A stretch of DNA of 64,000 nt, taken from Macrostomum lignano. Taxonomy: Eukaryota. Below, piece after piece: positions 32,801 through 45,769 of this stretch; within the stretch, counting starts at the first letter, position 1, and every line of letters starts with the position of its first letter. The notes under the pieces were generated by a model. That model was given only the letters and a program-made list of their open reading frames with translations. It was not told the origin of the DNA and made no database searches. The position numbers and the translations under genes were made by a program. The DNA lies in NCBI GenBank assembly GCA_002269645.1, contig NIVC01000708.1, positions 186,001 to 250,000 of the forward strand, in the 5' to 3' direction.

Positions 32801-35800
32801 TAGGAGTGCTGCCGCGGTTGCAGAGCATGAGGTTTGTGTTAGAGATGAGGGCCAGAAGCTCCTCTCCTCTAGTGTTGGTATCTTTGCTGCCCCAGTGCTT
32901 GTGGTGCGCGTTGAGGTCGCCCCCTAAGCACAGCTCAGCGTTCTGGGACTCGCAGTACTTCGCGAGGCGCAGTAAACTCTCAGGAGCAGGGTCTCTGTCG
33001 CCTGGGATATAAACCGAGGCAACAAGACACGTACGCGGAGAGAAATGATTAGATTGGATGACACAAAGGTCTCCATCAGAGAGATCAGTCCTCAGCCAAG
33101 CCTGGAGATGGCTAGCAGCGAGGATAGCCGCTCTAGGGCGGCTGTTCCCCGGGCCACACACATAAAAATCAGAGTAGCCAGAGGGAATGTTGGGCAACTT
33201 ACCGTTGCGCATCCAGGGTTCCTGGATCAGGATGAGGCCTGGCCTGTACAGCTCAGCAATCTTCATCAGATTTACTGACGCAGATACGCAATGCTGTAAA
33301 TTAATTTGCAGACAGAATGTCGCTCCTTTGGCAGCGTGGAGCTTAGTCATACTGTATTAAATGCAATTTCTGGCTAGAGCCCAGGGCCATCAAGGAGACT
33401 TGGACAACAGATCGTCCTCGTCCCAGGCCGCTGGGGCTTGACTGGGAGATGGGAGTTGGTCGACGTCCATGGCCTCCTCACCCCCACCGGCCCCCCCAGC
33501 AGAGTCCTCAGGCTCCGATGACAGGATGGAGGAAGCTTCCTCACCTGCATCTTTACCTTCAGACCCCACCAGGGTGGCCGAGGAGAGCTCGGATTCCGAA
33601 GACCCGGCCTCGTCCTCAACTCCTTCTCCGACTGGCAGGTTTGGTTCCCGGGGCTTGGCCGGAGCCGTTACCACGGTCGCCGAACTGCTGCTAGCAGAGG
33701 GGCGAGATGCAGCTTTGGCTTTGGGATCGGCTTGCGCCTTTCCTTGGGCCTTAGACTGCGCCCCGCTCTTGCCGGAGATGCCGGGGTTGGCAGTAGCCTT
33801 CCCTTTGGCAGACTTTCCTCGGCGCATCTTGAGCTTGAGGGCACCCAGCTGGAAAGAGGATCCATTAGGGTACCGACTCGCCCAAGTGCTGGAAAGGCCG
33901 AGGACAATTGAGTTGCCCGTCTCCCCCCTGCGGACTTTACGGTGATACACCAGTCCACTAGCAGGGAGGTCGGGGTTCAGACGCAGTAGGACCCGGCGAA
34001 TAACGTCTGGTCCAGCTGCGGTGCTCTTAGCAGGGACGAAAATCACATAGGGTATCGTCTTTGGACGCTGGCCCTCGCGAAGAAAAAGAGCTCCGCCAAG
34101 GTCAGCATCCAAGGAGACCGTCGGTAGCCGCTGGAGCAGCTGCCGAGCGTCCTCCTCGCTGCTAGGAGCAATAAGAACGAATGTGCTTCGCAGCACCATC
34201 CGCTCAACGCCGATGGAGATTCCCTCCTCGACAGTCAGCTCAATCAGATAGGAGTCAACAGCACTCCACACTTTTTGAAGCTGATCAGTGGTCCAGTCCT
34301 GGTCGCGACCTTGGATGATCACTCCCGGGATTTTGGCCTTGGCCTTCGCCGCAAAGGTAGCTCCCGAAGGAACCTCCTTGTTGGCAGTGGCCATTTGTTG
34401 CGCCGTGGTTTCGGCCTCAGCAGCCGCGGCAGCAGCTCCAGGGAGCGCCGCCGCTGAACTACTGGAGCTTCCACCGGCCGGCCCGCCTGGTTGCCTTGGG
34501 ACTCCAGTCGCTTCAGCATCCATGGTGGACGCCGCCGCTTTGGCCCCCGCAGCTCCCTTCTTGGCCTGCCTTTTGGCGCGTTGTTTAGCGCGTTTGCGCT
34601 CAAGCCGAGCCCGCTGAGCTTCATCGGATCTGCCAGATTTGGCCGGTCCTTTAGGCTCAGAGCTCGCGGTTCCCTTAGATCCACCAGCGGAGCTGGCAGG
34701 TCTTTGGGTATTATGAGTTTGGTAGCTCTGGTCGGATCTGCCAGCAGAGCCAGCCGGTCCTTCCTTTGCCACAGTTGAATCAGTCGGTTGGGATCTGCCA
34801 GCAGGGCCGGCCGGTCCTTCGGACTGAGGTTGGGGTTTAGAAGGGTCCCCGTCCCTAGAGTTAGCTTGATTATCCATAGACGGCTCGAAGGCCATGATAA
34901 AAGGTTGGTGGGCTACCCTCAAAGGGGCGCGGTACCCACCCGGCCGCTCCACCTGACCGGGCAGTAGGCCAATAGCACCCTCAAGGCTGGCCCGACACCA
35001 GGAGGGGGACCGCTTGCGACCGGACTACTCCCCGGCCTTCCAGCCCATCGGCACGGTCAACACCTTAGGCATTAGAGAGTACGTTGAGCAGTACCACGGC
35101 CTGCAGGTTGGCGAGCCAGACCCGCATACCCAAATTCGGCCGAAGCCACTGGATAGGGTCGCCAGCGCCGGAGCCCAGTCTGTCCAGCAGCCCTAGGGAC
35201 TGCCTTGAACACACGCGGGGACGAGTACCCTGGGTCGACTTGCGAGACAGCGTGGGGGGGGGGGTCTGCGGCTGCCAGAGGCAAATAGAGGGTGCAGACC
35301 TCCCACCAGCCTTGACCTGCTGAAGATAGGGGCAGGCGTGAAGCATCGCAGACCTTAGCCCATGGGCCTAGTCTGTCTCATACTTCACTGGCATGCTGAA
35401 TACGCCTTCGCGTGCGGCTAAGATCCTCAGTGGCATCAAAGGCGCAGTGCACTTTATTGACGACATCGTAGTGCACGCGGCATCAATAGAAGAGCACGAC
35501 AAGCGCCTGTTCAAGGTGCTGCAAGCTCTGATGACGCACAACGTGACTATCAATACGGCCAATTGCTTGCACCTGGCGCCAGGAAAAGGTCAACTTCCTA
35601 GGCTATGAGCTGAGCGCTTCTGGAGTCCGCCCGTTGCAGTCACACGTCGAAGCTATCGAGAAGGTACAGCCGCCAACGAACACCAATGAAGTGGCTGCGT
35701 TTCTAGGCGTCGTGAAGTACTTCGGCAACTTCATTCCCAGCCTCTCCAGCACGGCGGAGCCCCTCATGAAACTGCTGAGGAAGGACGAGTCGTGGAAGTG

Positions 35801-38583
35801 GACCAGTGAGTGCCAGCAGGCTTTTGAGCAGCTGAAGGCAGGAGTGTGCAAGCCACCTTGCCTCAAGTTTTTCGACGCAGATCAGCCGATCATCGTCAGC
35901 TGCGACAGCTCAGCATCAGCTCTCGGTGCGATGCTCCTCCAGCAAGACTCCGACGGCCAGTGGCGCCCGGTTGCCTTTGCGAGCCGAACTCTGAGTGCTA
36001 CGGAGCGCCGCTACTCGGCGAGCGAGAGGGAAGCCCTGGCCTGCATCTTCGCCTGTGAGCGCTGGAACTTCTTCCTTTACGGCCGACGGTTCGAGCTCCA
36101 CACCGATCACCAGGCTCTCACCACGCTGCTGTCATCATCTGGGAGCGGACACCGGCCACTCAGACTGCATCGCTGGGCTGATCGTTTGTTAAACTACTCC
36201 TTCACCGTCAAGTACGTCCCGGGTGCCAAGAACATCGTGCCCGACTTTCTGTCGCGCTGCCAGGACATGGCCGAGCCGACGGAAGGCGATGAAACAGACG
36301 ATCTGGAAGTCCAAAGAGTGCTCCTGGCCGAGGCGCTGACCGTGGTCACCGAGGACGAACTGGCGGAGGCAACGTCAAAGGACGAGCTCCTGGCACGAGT
36401 CGCAGAGTTCACAGTTTCCGGTTGGCCAGACAAGAAAAAGCTCGATGAGCGCCTGCTGCCCTACTGGAGTGTCAGGAACGAGCTGACTGTTTGGAGCAAC
36501 GGCAGGTGCTTGGCCATGGGAACTCGTGCCGTCATACCGGAAGAACTGCGCCAGCGAGTGCTCGACTTAGCGCATCAAGGTCACAAGGGAGTCAGCAGGA
36601 CCAAGCATCACTGCCGAGACACCGCGTGGTGGCCCAAAATGGACAGCGACATCGAGAGGTTCGTCAGCAGCTGCTCTGCGTGCATCATCAGTGAGAAGAC
36701 CTTCAAGCCGCATCGGACAGTGCTGACCCCGACCGAGTGGCCGAAGGAACCGTGGACAGAGCTGCAGATCGACTTGTTCGGAGAGCTGCACGAGGGTGCG
36801 CCAGAGAACTGCCGCTTCATACTCGGTGTACACGACCTGCATTCAAAGTGGCCCGAACTGGTCTGCCTCTCTTCAGCGACGTCTGCGACTATCATCAAGA
36901 GTCTCATGGCGCTGTTTTGTCGCTGGGGCATTCCGCGCGTAATCACCACCAATGAAGGACCCCAGTTCATCTCCCAGGAGTTCAACGACTTCCTAAAGGC
37001 GTACGGCATCAATCATCGTCAGACTCCGTTCTACCACCCTCAAGGAAATTCCGGAGTGGAGCGCCTGAACCGCGTAGTCAAAGGGCTTGAAGAGCCACCT
37101 TCAAGACGGCTACTCGTTCCTGGAAGCGGTGCAGTCCATCCTGTGGGCGTACCGATCGACACCGCACGCACTGACCGGCGTGACGCCAGTGGAGCTGATG
37201 CTCGGCCGCAAGATCACCACGCCGCTGTGGACGCTGCAGCCGAAGCGAGAGACTCGAGAGCACCCACTGGCCGATCAGATCCAGGAGCGGCAAAGACGGC
37301 AGTTCAAGCGGCTCAACAGATCCCGGCAGCCGCCGCGCCAATTCCGGGTTGGCGATCTTGTGCGAGTGCGATCTCCGCGGATGCGAGGCAAGCTGCAGAG
37401 CCACGTGTCACCACCTCTACGGGTCAGCGACGTCATCAGCCCGACGATCGTCAGGTTAGAGGACGGCTCAAGGTGGCACACCAGCCTCTGTATGCCTCAT
37501 GCGGAGCCCGAGGGTGCCAGCACGACTTCGGCAACGGCAATGCCGCCACAACCGCCAGTGGCTGCAGAGCCGGCAGCGCCAGAAGGTCCGACAGACCCGC
37601 CGCCGGCGACCGCTGAGGCCGACGCGGAGCTGCGGCGCAGTACGCGACTGCGGGCACCACCGTTGTGGTACGGCCAGGTCGTGACGCATTGATTGCCAGC
37701 TGTGAAGGGAATTAGTGGCTGTTAAGGAGGAGGGTGAATGTTGTAAAGTGAGTTTACTCACTGGTTTGTTTTGCTAGTCGGTGTTTGGGAGTCAAGGGAT
37801 GCGATGTACAAGCGTTCTCGAGTAATATAAGAATAGCTCCACCCTTCGGGTGAGGGTTAGAAATTTTTTTTGTTGGACTAAACCTGACTGGCTTGTCTCT
37901 CACTCACTACACAGAACTCAAGCGAAAACGGCTCTGTCAGCTCGTGGCAACTCAACATTGATAAGGAGCAGAGACCGGGATCGATGCAGGAAGCCAAGCT
38001 CGAGTGCAGCGCTGTGCAGCTCCTGCCGCCGAGAGTCGGGCTCCAGTGGGTGCACTCAGCCACAGCAGAGCTGGACTGCAGAAGCTCAAACAAAGCTCAG
38101 ACCTCCATGCCGACAGTGCTGGTGGCAGCATCGGCCACCATTGCCATATGCGTTGGTCTGCTTCTGGCAGCAATGGTTAGCGCTTGAAACTGCCTAAAAT
38201 TTGGTATCTTCGCTGGCTGCCAATCTCTCCGCTTTCTAAACTGATTGATGGCTTTGAAAACAACCGATTTTTTTCGTACTTTTAGCTGATGAAGCATCGC
38301 GCTTTGGCCTACAGCCCGGTGACAGCAACGGCAGCCGCCACCCGAGAGAGTGGAGTGAGCCGCTTCATTTTTTCCTTTTCTAGTTTTTATGCACTTTTAC
38401 ATAAAACCTTACTCTGCAATTGCCGCTCAGTCTCAGCACGAGCAGGAACTGGTAGAGCTCGGCTGCCCACCAACTGGAGCTTCTGCCACAGCTTCCGGTC
38501 CAAGTACGGAGTGCCTAGTCCGCCACTGCCAATACGGGAGCGAGTGCACCGTGTACTTGGATATTGTTGCCACGGGTCCGTGA
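20885..38583 (+). CDS. Lectin-like/Ig-superfamily type-I membrane receptor, paralog C (~586 aa). Exons 20885-20954, 21036-21272, 21874-22091, 22173-22275, 22502-22738, 22819-23055, 28357-28532, 37915-38175, 38286-38354, 38431-38583
   Basis: All nine introns are GT-AG with matching phases (1,1,0,1,1,1,0,0,0) and the joined 1761 nt contains no internal stop. The protein has signal peptide [23 protein letters not shown], a galactose-binding-like fold pattern (AWQSS...WFAVQL...IGSVTV...IEIW...VRYLLL...LSVSDL), two Ig exons (..SG.YTCQ..TVL) and a VLYPP linker. The [22 protein letters not shown]|LM is followed by KHR. Many NxS/T sequons are present. Confidence 0.8.
21324..21748 (-). mobile_element. 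5'-truncated LOA/R1-group LINE fragment in intron 2 of receptor C
   Basis: [43 protein letters not shown] matches the ORF2 C-terminus at ~29700-29990. It is flanked by the 10-bp direct repeat CTAGTTGGTT (21314-21323, 21749-21758). Confidence 0.85.
23272..28349. repeat. 34-bp satellite (GAACTTGGATCTGGCTCAGCCCGATTAAAGCATC), ~149 highly homogeneous units, within an intron of receptor C
   Basis: Period 34 checked on the ruler. Variants are mostly 1-nt losses in GG or CCC runs. No spacers. Confidence 0.98.
28584..28757 (+). repeat. Gypsy 5' LTR (174 bp)
   Basis: Matches 37739-37911. Confidence 0.95.
28838..29512 (+). pseudogene. Gypsy pol, N-terminal part (protease remnant + RT N-half)
   Basis: ORF 28838-29527 reads ...[10 protein letters not shown] and resumes after the LINE as [12 protein letters not shown]. 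Confidence 0.9.
29612..33350 (-). CDS. LINE ORF2 (APE endonuclease-RT-RNase H-Zn knuckle), split by two single-base deletions
   Basis: QINLQHC, LIQEPW, GDLNAHH and SDH (APE); QGGVLTP and GYADD (RT); YTDGSK, SDSQAAL and [15 protein letters not shown] (RNase H); [14 protein letters not shown]. Frameshifts near 31371 and 31068. Confidence 0.9.
33390..34895 (-). CDS. LINE ORF1 (DUF4780-like core, low-complexity flanks)
   Basis: Open frame 33390-34952 with first ATG at 34895. The core [13 protein letters not shown]...[16 protein letters not shown]...[13 protein letters not shown] resembles LOA-clade ORF1 (family assignment by eye). Confidence 0.75.
   Translation of the reverse strand: MAFEPSMDNQANSRDGDPSKPQPQSEGPAGPAGRSQPTDSTVAKEGPAGSAGRSDQSYQTHNTQRPASSAGGSKGTASSEPKGPAKSGRSDEAQRARLERKRAKQRAKRQAKKGAAGAKAAASTMDAEATGVPRQPGGPAGGSSSSSAAALPGAAAAAAEAETTAQQMATANKEVPSGATFAAKAKAKIPGVIIQGRDQDWTTDQLQKVWSAVDSYLIELTVEEGISIGVERMVLRSTFVLIAPSSEEDARQLLQRLPTVSLDADLGGALFLREGQRPKTIPYVIFVPAKSTAAGPDVIRRVLLRLNPDLPASGLVYHRKVRRGETGNSIVLGLSSTWASRYPNGSSFQLGALKLKMRRGKSAKGKATANPGISGKSGAQSKAQGKAQADPKAKAASRPSASSSSATVVTAPAKPREPNLPVGEGVEDEAGSSESELSSATLVGSEGKDAGEEASSILSSEPEDSAGGAGGGEEAMDVDQLPSPSQAPAAWDEDDLLSKSP
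35429..37692 (+). pseudogene. Gypsy pol, C-terminal part (RT C-half, RNase H, integrase); two frameshifts, second integrase Asp replaced (TTNEGPQF vs TDNGPQF)
   Basis: ORFs 35393-35608, 35634-37616 and 37087-37692, with frameshifts near 35578 and 37082. Confidence 0.9.
37739..37911 (+). repeat. Gypsy 3' LTR
   Basis: Matches 28584-28757; preceded by the PPT and followed by the TSD. Confidence 0.95.
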
Positions 38584-38625
38584 CACCTTGTCGTGCTGAT
38601 TGGCAATACCTCAATTTCTCAGCAT

Positions 38626-38781
38626 GTCAATCTTGTGATTGTCTCTGTCAATCTTGTGATTGTCTCTGTCAATCTTGTGATTGTCTCTGTCAATCTTGTG
38701 ATTATCTCTGTCAATCTTGTGATTGTCTCTGTCAATCTTGTGATTATCTCTGTCAATCTTGTGATTATCCCTGTCAATCTC
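38626..38781. repeat. 21-bp tandem repeat (TCAATCTTGTGATTGTCTCTG), ~7 units, just after the stop of receptor C
   Basis: Directly visible. Confidence 0.9.
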
Positions 38782-39231
38782 ATGAATATGCTCGAGAATT
38801 CGAATGATTTACTATTTAAACTGTTATTAAAATAGTATTCTAGAATTCGTTTAAATGCAGATGTTCAAAAATAGTACAAAAAAGTTAAAACCAAAGATCA
38901 TGCCTCCATTGCTAGGAAATTCGCTCATTTTGCTGCTTGCTGGCGACATTCAATTTTTATCGATTTCTGGACTGATGTTAAATATACTTCTGCAGTTTGA
39001 AATATTCGTGCCCGCATTGCACTACTGTGAGCAGTAGCGTGTCACGCTGCTTTGCTGTGATATTCACGATACTGCAACAAGTTTAACGCGTTCTAATATG
39101 AGTAACCGCAGGTTGACCTGCGCTGAGGCAATGCTGCCCATTCCGCTGGCTCCCGACTTTTTAATTACAGAAAAAGGAAGACTAACTGGATGAGAGGAGA
39201 GTGCAGGTAGAAGAGTAAGGAATGTGAAGAG

Positions 39232-39577
39232 AGATAGGTAGGAGAGGTAGGGAGAGGCAGGGAGAGGTAGGGAGAGGTAGGGAGAGGTAGGGAGAGGTAG
39301 GGAGAGGTAGGGAGAGGTAGGGAGAGGTAGGGAGAGGTAGGGAGAGGTAGGGAGAGGTAGGGAGAGGTAGGGAGAGGTAGGGAGAGGTAGGGAGAGGTAG
39401 GGAGAGGTAGGGAGAGGTAGGGAGAGGTAGGGAGAGGTAGGGAGAGGTAGGGAGAGGTAGGGAGAGGTAGGGAGAGGTAGGGAGAGGTAGGGAGAGGTAG
39501 GGAGAGGTAGGGAGAGGTAGGGAGAGGTAGGGAGAGGTAGGGAGAGGTAGGGAGAGGTAGGGAGAGGTAGGGAGAGA
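39232..39577. repeat. (GGGAGAGGTA)n 10-bp array
   Basis: Directly visible. Confidence 0.97.
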
Positions 39578-41104
39578 TTAGTGCGACCATTTTTTACTTT
39601 TAAACGCCTTCCAGCCTTTGAAATCGATCAGACGCACAACTCCAACACGATCCGTTTTTTTTCTATTTTTTTTCCGTACAAAAATGTCCTCAGCTGGGAT
39701 ACGGCAAGATTTCATAGAAAATTGATGCCAGTAGCCAAGCAGGAGCCATGGCTTCCCCAGCCCCTGTCCCTGTGGAAGCTGCTCAAGTCTCAATCGGTGA
39801 AGCGAGCCGGAGAGCGGTGTTGAGCGCCCTGCAAAGCAGAGCTTGTTGGCTTTGCAAAAATAAATGAAAAAAATATTTATAATAATTTGAGCCGCGGAAA
39901 GCCGGGCGGGACTCGAGCCTGCCGGTCGAACTCGAAATCTGCGCTAATCTCTGCTTAACAGAGCGAGACCATGCTGAGCAGGGAGCCCCCCTCCAGAGGC
40001 CCCAGGAGACCCCGCGTGTCTGACAAGAGCCTTCGAGTTATGCGGTTCGCTTTTCCAACGATTGAGCGGCCTGTGGAGGCTGGCCGTACAACTTCATCAT
40101 GTATCGCCGCCGAGTCCCCAGGGGGAGCCGAGTTCGAGTCCTGCAGCTCCGTATAGGGAAGAATTTCCCCGAGATAAATCCCTGCTCAAGGAACAGATGA
40201 GGCCCCAAGTTAACGGAATCAACTGCTCCGCTCTAACTTCTTCTTCTGCTTCTTCTAGAAAGGAAATTATTCAGCAAAAGAGTCAAAGCCAGCAGCAACC
40301 CAGGGGGGGGGGGGCAACAACAATCCATTTTGCCTGCAATCGGCAGGAAGCGATGGAGCGGATTCTGGGTGATGGAGAGAGCAGAGTCAGACCCCTTTGT
40401 CACCGCAGAACGCTGGCACAGCCCGAGCATTTGATGGCTATCTGTTGAGCTTTGTCAAACTGTGCAGTCCGGGATGGCAGGAAGTTGCCCGACTGCCAGA
40501 GCAATGAATGAGCTCCTTGGGGGAGGAGGGGGGCACAACAGAAAATATCGCGTGAGGACAATCATCTGATTAAATGAGGACTCGCACAAGCTGAGCAACA
40601 ATGGGCTCCCTGGCTGATCCCCAGCTGAGGCACGCCGGTATGGGCAGGAAGCCGCGGCCTGAGTGGAATTCCAGAGCCTTGAATCTGATTTTTTGGTTAA
40701 GTATTATGGTTAATTCCTCTCTGGGGAATTACCTGCGCGTGTGTCAGACGGGACCCTGGCCTGGGCCACCAATGGGAAAATCACTGTTCCGTTCTGGACC
40801 CCCGCTGAGCCAATGAGTCCATTGTGGGAACAGGAAGACTCGCTGCTGGAGTCCGCATCCTGGAGCTGAAGCTTTGCTGAGCAGCAGACTCCCCTTGCAC
40901 CGCCTGTTGCTTTGGGGGGGGTCTTCTTTCTTCATTTCATCTCCACATTCTTAATTGTGTTTAAACAGACCAAACTGGGGCTTGGCTACCTACCCACAGG
41001 CTGGAAACCCGGCACTGAACTTCGGGCATTCAAGTATTCTGAGGGACTGTGGCATTCAAGTGTTCTGAAGAATTCATCAAGCTCAATAACTTTGATTCAT
41101 TAGC

Positions 41105-42445
41105 CCGCAACAATCCCGTAACACTCCCGTAACAATCCCGTAACAATCCCGTAACAATCCCGTAACACTCCCGTAACAACCCTGTAACAATCCTGTAACA
41201 GCCCTGTTACACTCCCGTAACAATCCCGTAACACTCCCGTAACACTCCCGTAACAATCCCGTAACACTCCCGTAACAATCCCGTAACAATCCCGTGTCAA
41301 CCCTGTAACCCTGTTACAATCCTGTAACAATCTCGTAAAAACCCTGTGACAATCCCGTAACAATCCCGTTACAATCCCGCAACAATCCCGTAACAATCCC
41401 GTAACAATCCCGTAACAATCCCGTAACAATCCCGTAACAATCCCGTAACAATCTCGTAAAAACCCTGTGACAATCCCGTAACAATCCCGTAACAATCCCG
41501 TAACAATCCCGTAACAATCCCGTAACAATCCCGTGACAATCCCGTGACAACCCTGTAAAAACCCAGTAACAATCCTGTAACAGCCCTGTTACACTCCCGA
41601 AACAATCCTGTAATAATCTCATAAAAACCCTGTAACAATCCCGTAACAATCCCGTAACAATCCCGTAACACTCCCGTAACAATCCCGTAACACTCCCGTA
41701 ACAATCCCGTAACACTCCCGTAACAATCCCGTAACACTCCCGTAACAATCCCGTAACAATCCCGTAACAATCCCGTAACAATCCCGTAACAATCCTGTAA
41801 CACTCCCGTAAAAATCCTGTAATAATCTCGTAAAAACCCTGTAACAATCCCGTAACAATCCCGTAACAATCCCGTAACACTCCCGTAACAATCCCGTAAC
41901 ACTCCCGTAACAATCCCGTAACAATCCCGTAACAATCCCGTAACAATCCTGTAACAGCCCTGTTACACTCCCGAAACAATCCTGTAATAATCTCGTAAAA
42001 ACCCTGTAACAATCCCGTAACAATCCCGTAACAATCCCGTAACACTCCCGTAACAATCCCGTAACAATCCTGTAACAATCCCGTAACAATCCCGTAACAA
42101 TCCCGTAACAATCCCGTAACACTCCCGTAACAATCCCGTAACAATCCCGTAACAATCCCGTAACAATCCCATGACAACCCTGTAACAATCCCGTAACAAT
42201 CCCGTGTCAACCCTGTTACAATCCTGTAACAATCTCGTAAAAACCCTGTGACAATCCCGTAACAATCCCGTAACAATCCCGTAACAATCCCGTAACAATC
42301 CTGTAACAATCCCGTAACAATCCCGTAACAATCGACAATCCCGTAACAATCCCGTAACAATCCCGTAACACTCCCGTAACAATCCAACAACAATCTCGTG
42401 ACAATCCCGTGACAACCCTGTAAAAACCCAGTAACAATCCCGTAA
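41105..42445. repeat. (ACAATCCCGTA)n 11-bp minisatellite with variants
   Basis: Directly visible. Confidence 0.95.
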
Positions 42446-42927
42446 TGACTTCGTAATAATTTCGTAAAAAAGGTTCACCCCCTAAATGCTTGAACTAGAA
42501 TGTACAAAAGCTTTTTGTATATTTCTCCGAAATCGAAACCTCACACATAAACTACATAAACTAGAGACAAATTATTCGCATTGTTTTCGGCTGCTCATTT
42601 CAACAAACTGAATCGAGCTAACAGCATCATGAAGGTTTGATGCTGCCAAGAGACAGGCAGACAGGCTGGGATCAGGGGCTTATCGGGCCTCTCCATTGGC
42701 TGGAACTGCTGGGCATCGCTGCATCCCGAGCCAATTGGGGAGAGGCAGGAGGCTGGCGGAGGCTCCTCATCGTGTTCTGCATCCCCAGCCGCCGACATCA
42801 AGTGTTCCGCGAGTCTGGGCGGACAAGCGGGGGGCCGAATAAATAGGCTGGAGCAGCGGCAGACTCAGCTCAACTTCAAGCACCAAATTCTACTAAACAC
42901 TCCGACAGTTCGCATTGATAACACACA

Positions 42928-44885
<1,958 letters not shown>

Positions 44886-44977
44886 GGTGCGGTGGGACGC
44901 TGGGAAGCAGATCTGATAGGGGAACCGGAGAGGCTGCAGGCTTTGACCCAACAACGTGGGGTCACTTTCCTATAGGC

Positions 44978-45251
44978 ATCAGTTTGGAGTCATTGAGAAT
45001 CAGTTTGGAGTCATTGAGAATCAGTTTGGAGTCATTGAGAATCAGTTTGGAGTCATTGAGAATCAGTTTGGAGTCATTGAGAATCAGTTTGGAGTCATTG
45101 AGAATCAGTTTGGAGTCATTGAGAATCAGTTTGGAGTCATTAAGAATCAGTTTGGAGTCATTGAGAATCAGTTTGGAGTCATTAAGAATCAGTTTGGAGT
45201 CATTGAGAATCAGTTTGGAGTCATTGAGAATCAGTTTGGAGTCATTGAGAA
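44978..45251. repeat. 21-bp tandem repeat (TCAGTTTGGAGTCATTGAGAA), ~13 units, downstream of the irx stop
   Basis: Directly visible. Confidence 0.95.
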
Positions 45252-45555
45252 CTCAATCCTTAATTCAATATGTTTCAGGCGCGAGTACTGATGAAGCTGG
45301 AATATTCGATTGAGATGAAGCGATACAAAGGAAGTCTCAGTGCCATGAAGCCTGCACCTGTTGAGCCTGTAGGCATGCACACTGCTTACAAACATTTACA
45401 ACTCACTGCTTGTCAACTGCCCTGCTGTAATTCCACTCCTTTAGACTGCATACCGTAATCTTTTTTTATATTGTTGTTTGAGCAAATGATCTCTTTTGAA
45501 TCACTTATGTATGATTTTTATTAGTCCTTATTGACAAAAAGGATTGAAAAAATTA

Positions 45556-45561
45556 AATAAA
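45556..45561 (+). terminator. Candidate polyadenylation signal AATAAA for irx
   Basis: AATAAA in an AT-rich stretch ~670 nt after the stop. Motif only. Confidence 0.35.
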
Positions 45562-45769
45562 ATTGCTTAGAGTAGCAGCATTACTGATTAAAACTCGATG
45601 CTTTGCCCATCTGGCTGTCATTCTTCTGAACTTTTCAATTGTCATCAATGATGAGTTGCGAGAATGGGCTCTGGACTACAGGGGGCTCGGGCTCGAACAA
45701 CTTGAACAAGAAGGAGATGGAGGGATGGAGAGGCCGCTGTAGGGAGAGGATGCAGGTAAAGTAGACAGG

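Larger units (their letters stand above)
29513..35415 (-). mobile_element. Full-length LOA/R1-group (I-group) non-LTR retrotransposon with RNase H
   Basis: Perfect 13-bp TSD GGCTAAGATCCTC (29500-29512, 35416-35428). It has a 5'UTR, ORF1 and ORF2 with APE, RT, RNase H and a CCHC knuckle, and a short-repeat 3' tail (GTCAAAAGTAAGTCAA on the minus strand). Confidence 0.93.
28584..37911 (+). mobile_element. Ty3/Gypsy LTR retrotransposon lacking gag, interrupted by a LINE
   Basis: LTRs 28584-28757 and 37739-37911 (TG...CA; about 9 differences by hand count) with 5-bp TSD CAGAA (28579-28583, 37912-37916). A TGG-initiated PBS candidate lies at 28761 and a PPT AAGGAGGAGGGTGAA precedes the 3' LTR. RT ([31 protein letters not shown]), RNase H (CDSS, EREALA, TDHQAL) and integrase (HHCC, QIDL, GVERLN) are present. 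Confidence 0.95.

Noticed and set aside
29859-34778. Numerous antisense and overlapping ORFs across the LINE (also over BEL, Ngaro and Gypsy)
   Set aside because: These are shadow ORFs expected from GC-rich coding sequence, with no motifs of their own.
35634-37616. Domesticated or active Gypsy integrase gene
   Set aside because: It has frameshifts and a substituted catalytic Asp, and it lies between LTRs with a TSD.
41083-42478. Long LLRDCYGIVTG repeat ORFs resembling LRR or pentapeptide proteins
   Set aside because: They are translations of an 11-bp minisatellite, with no splice or codon support.
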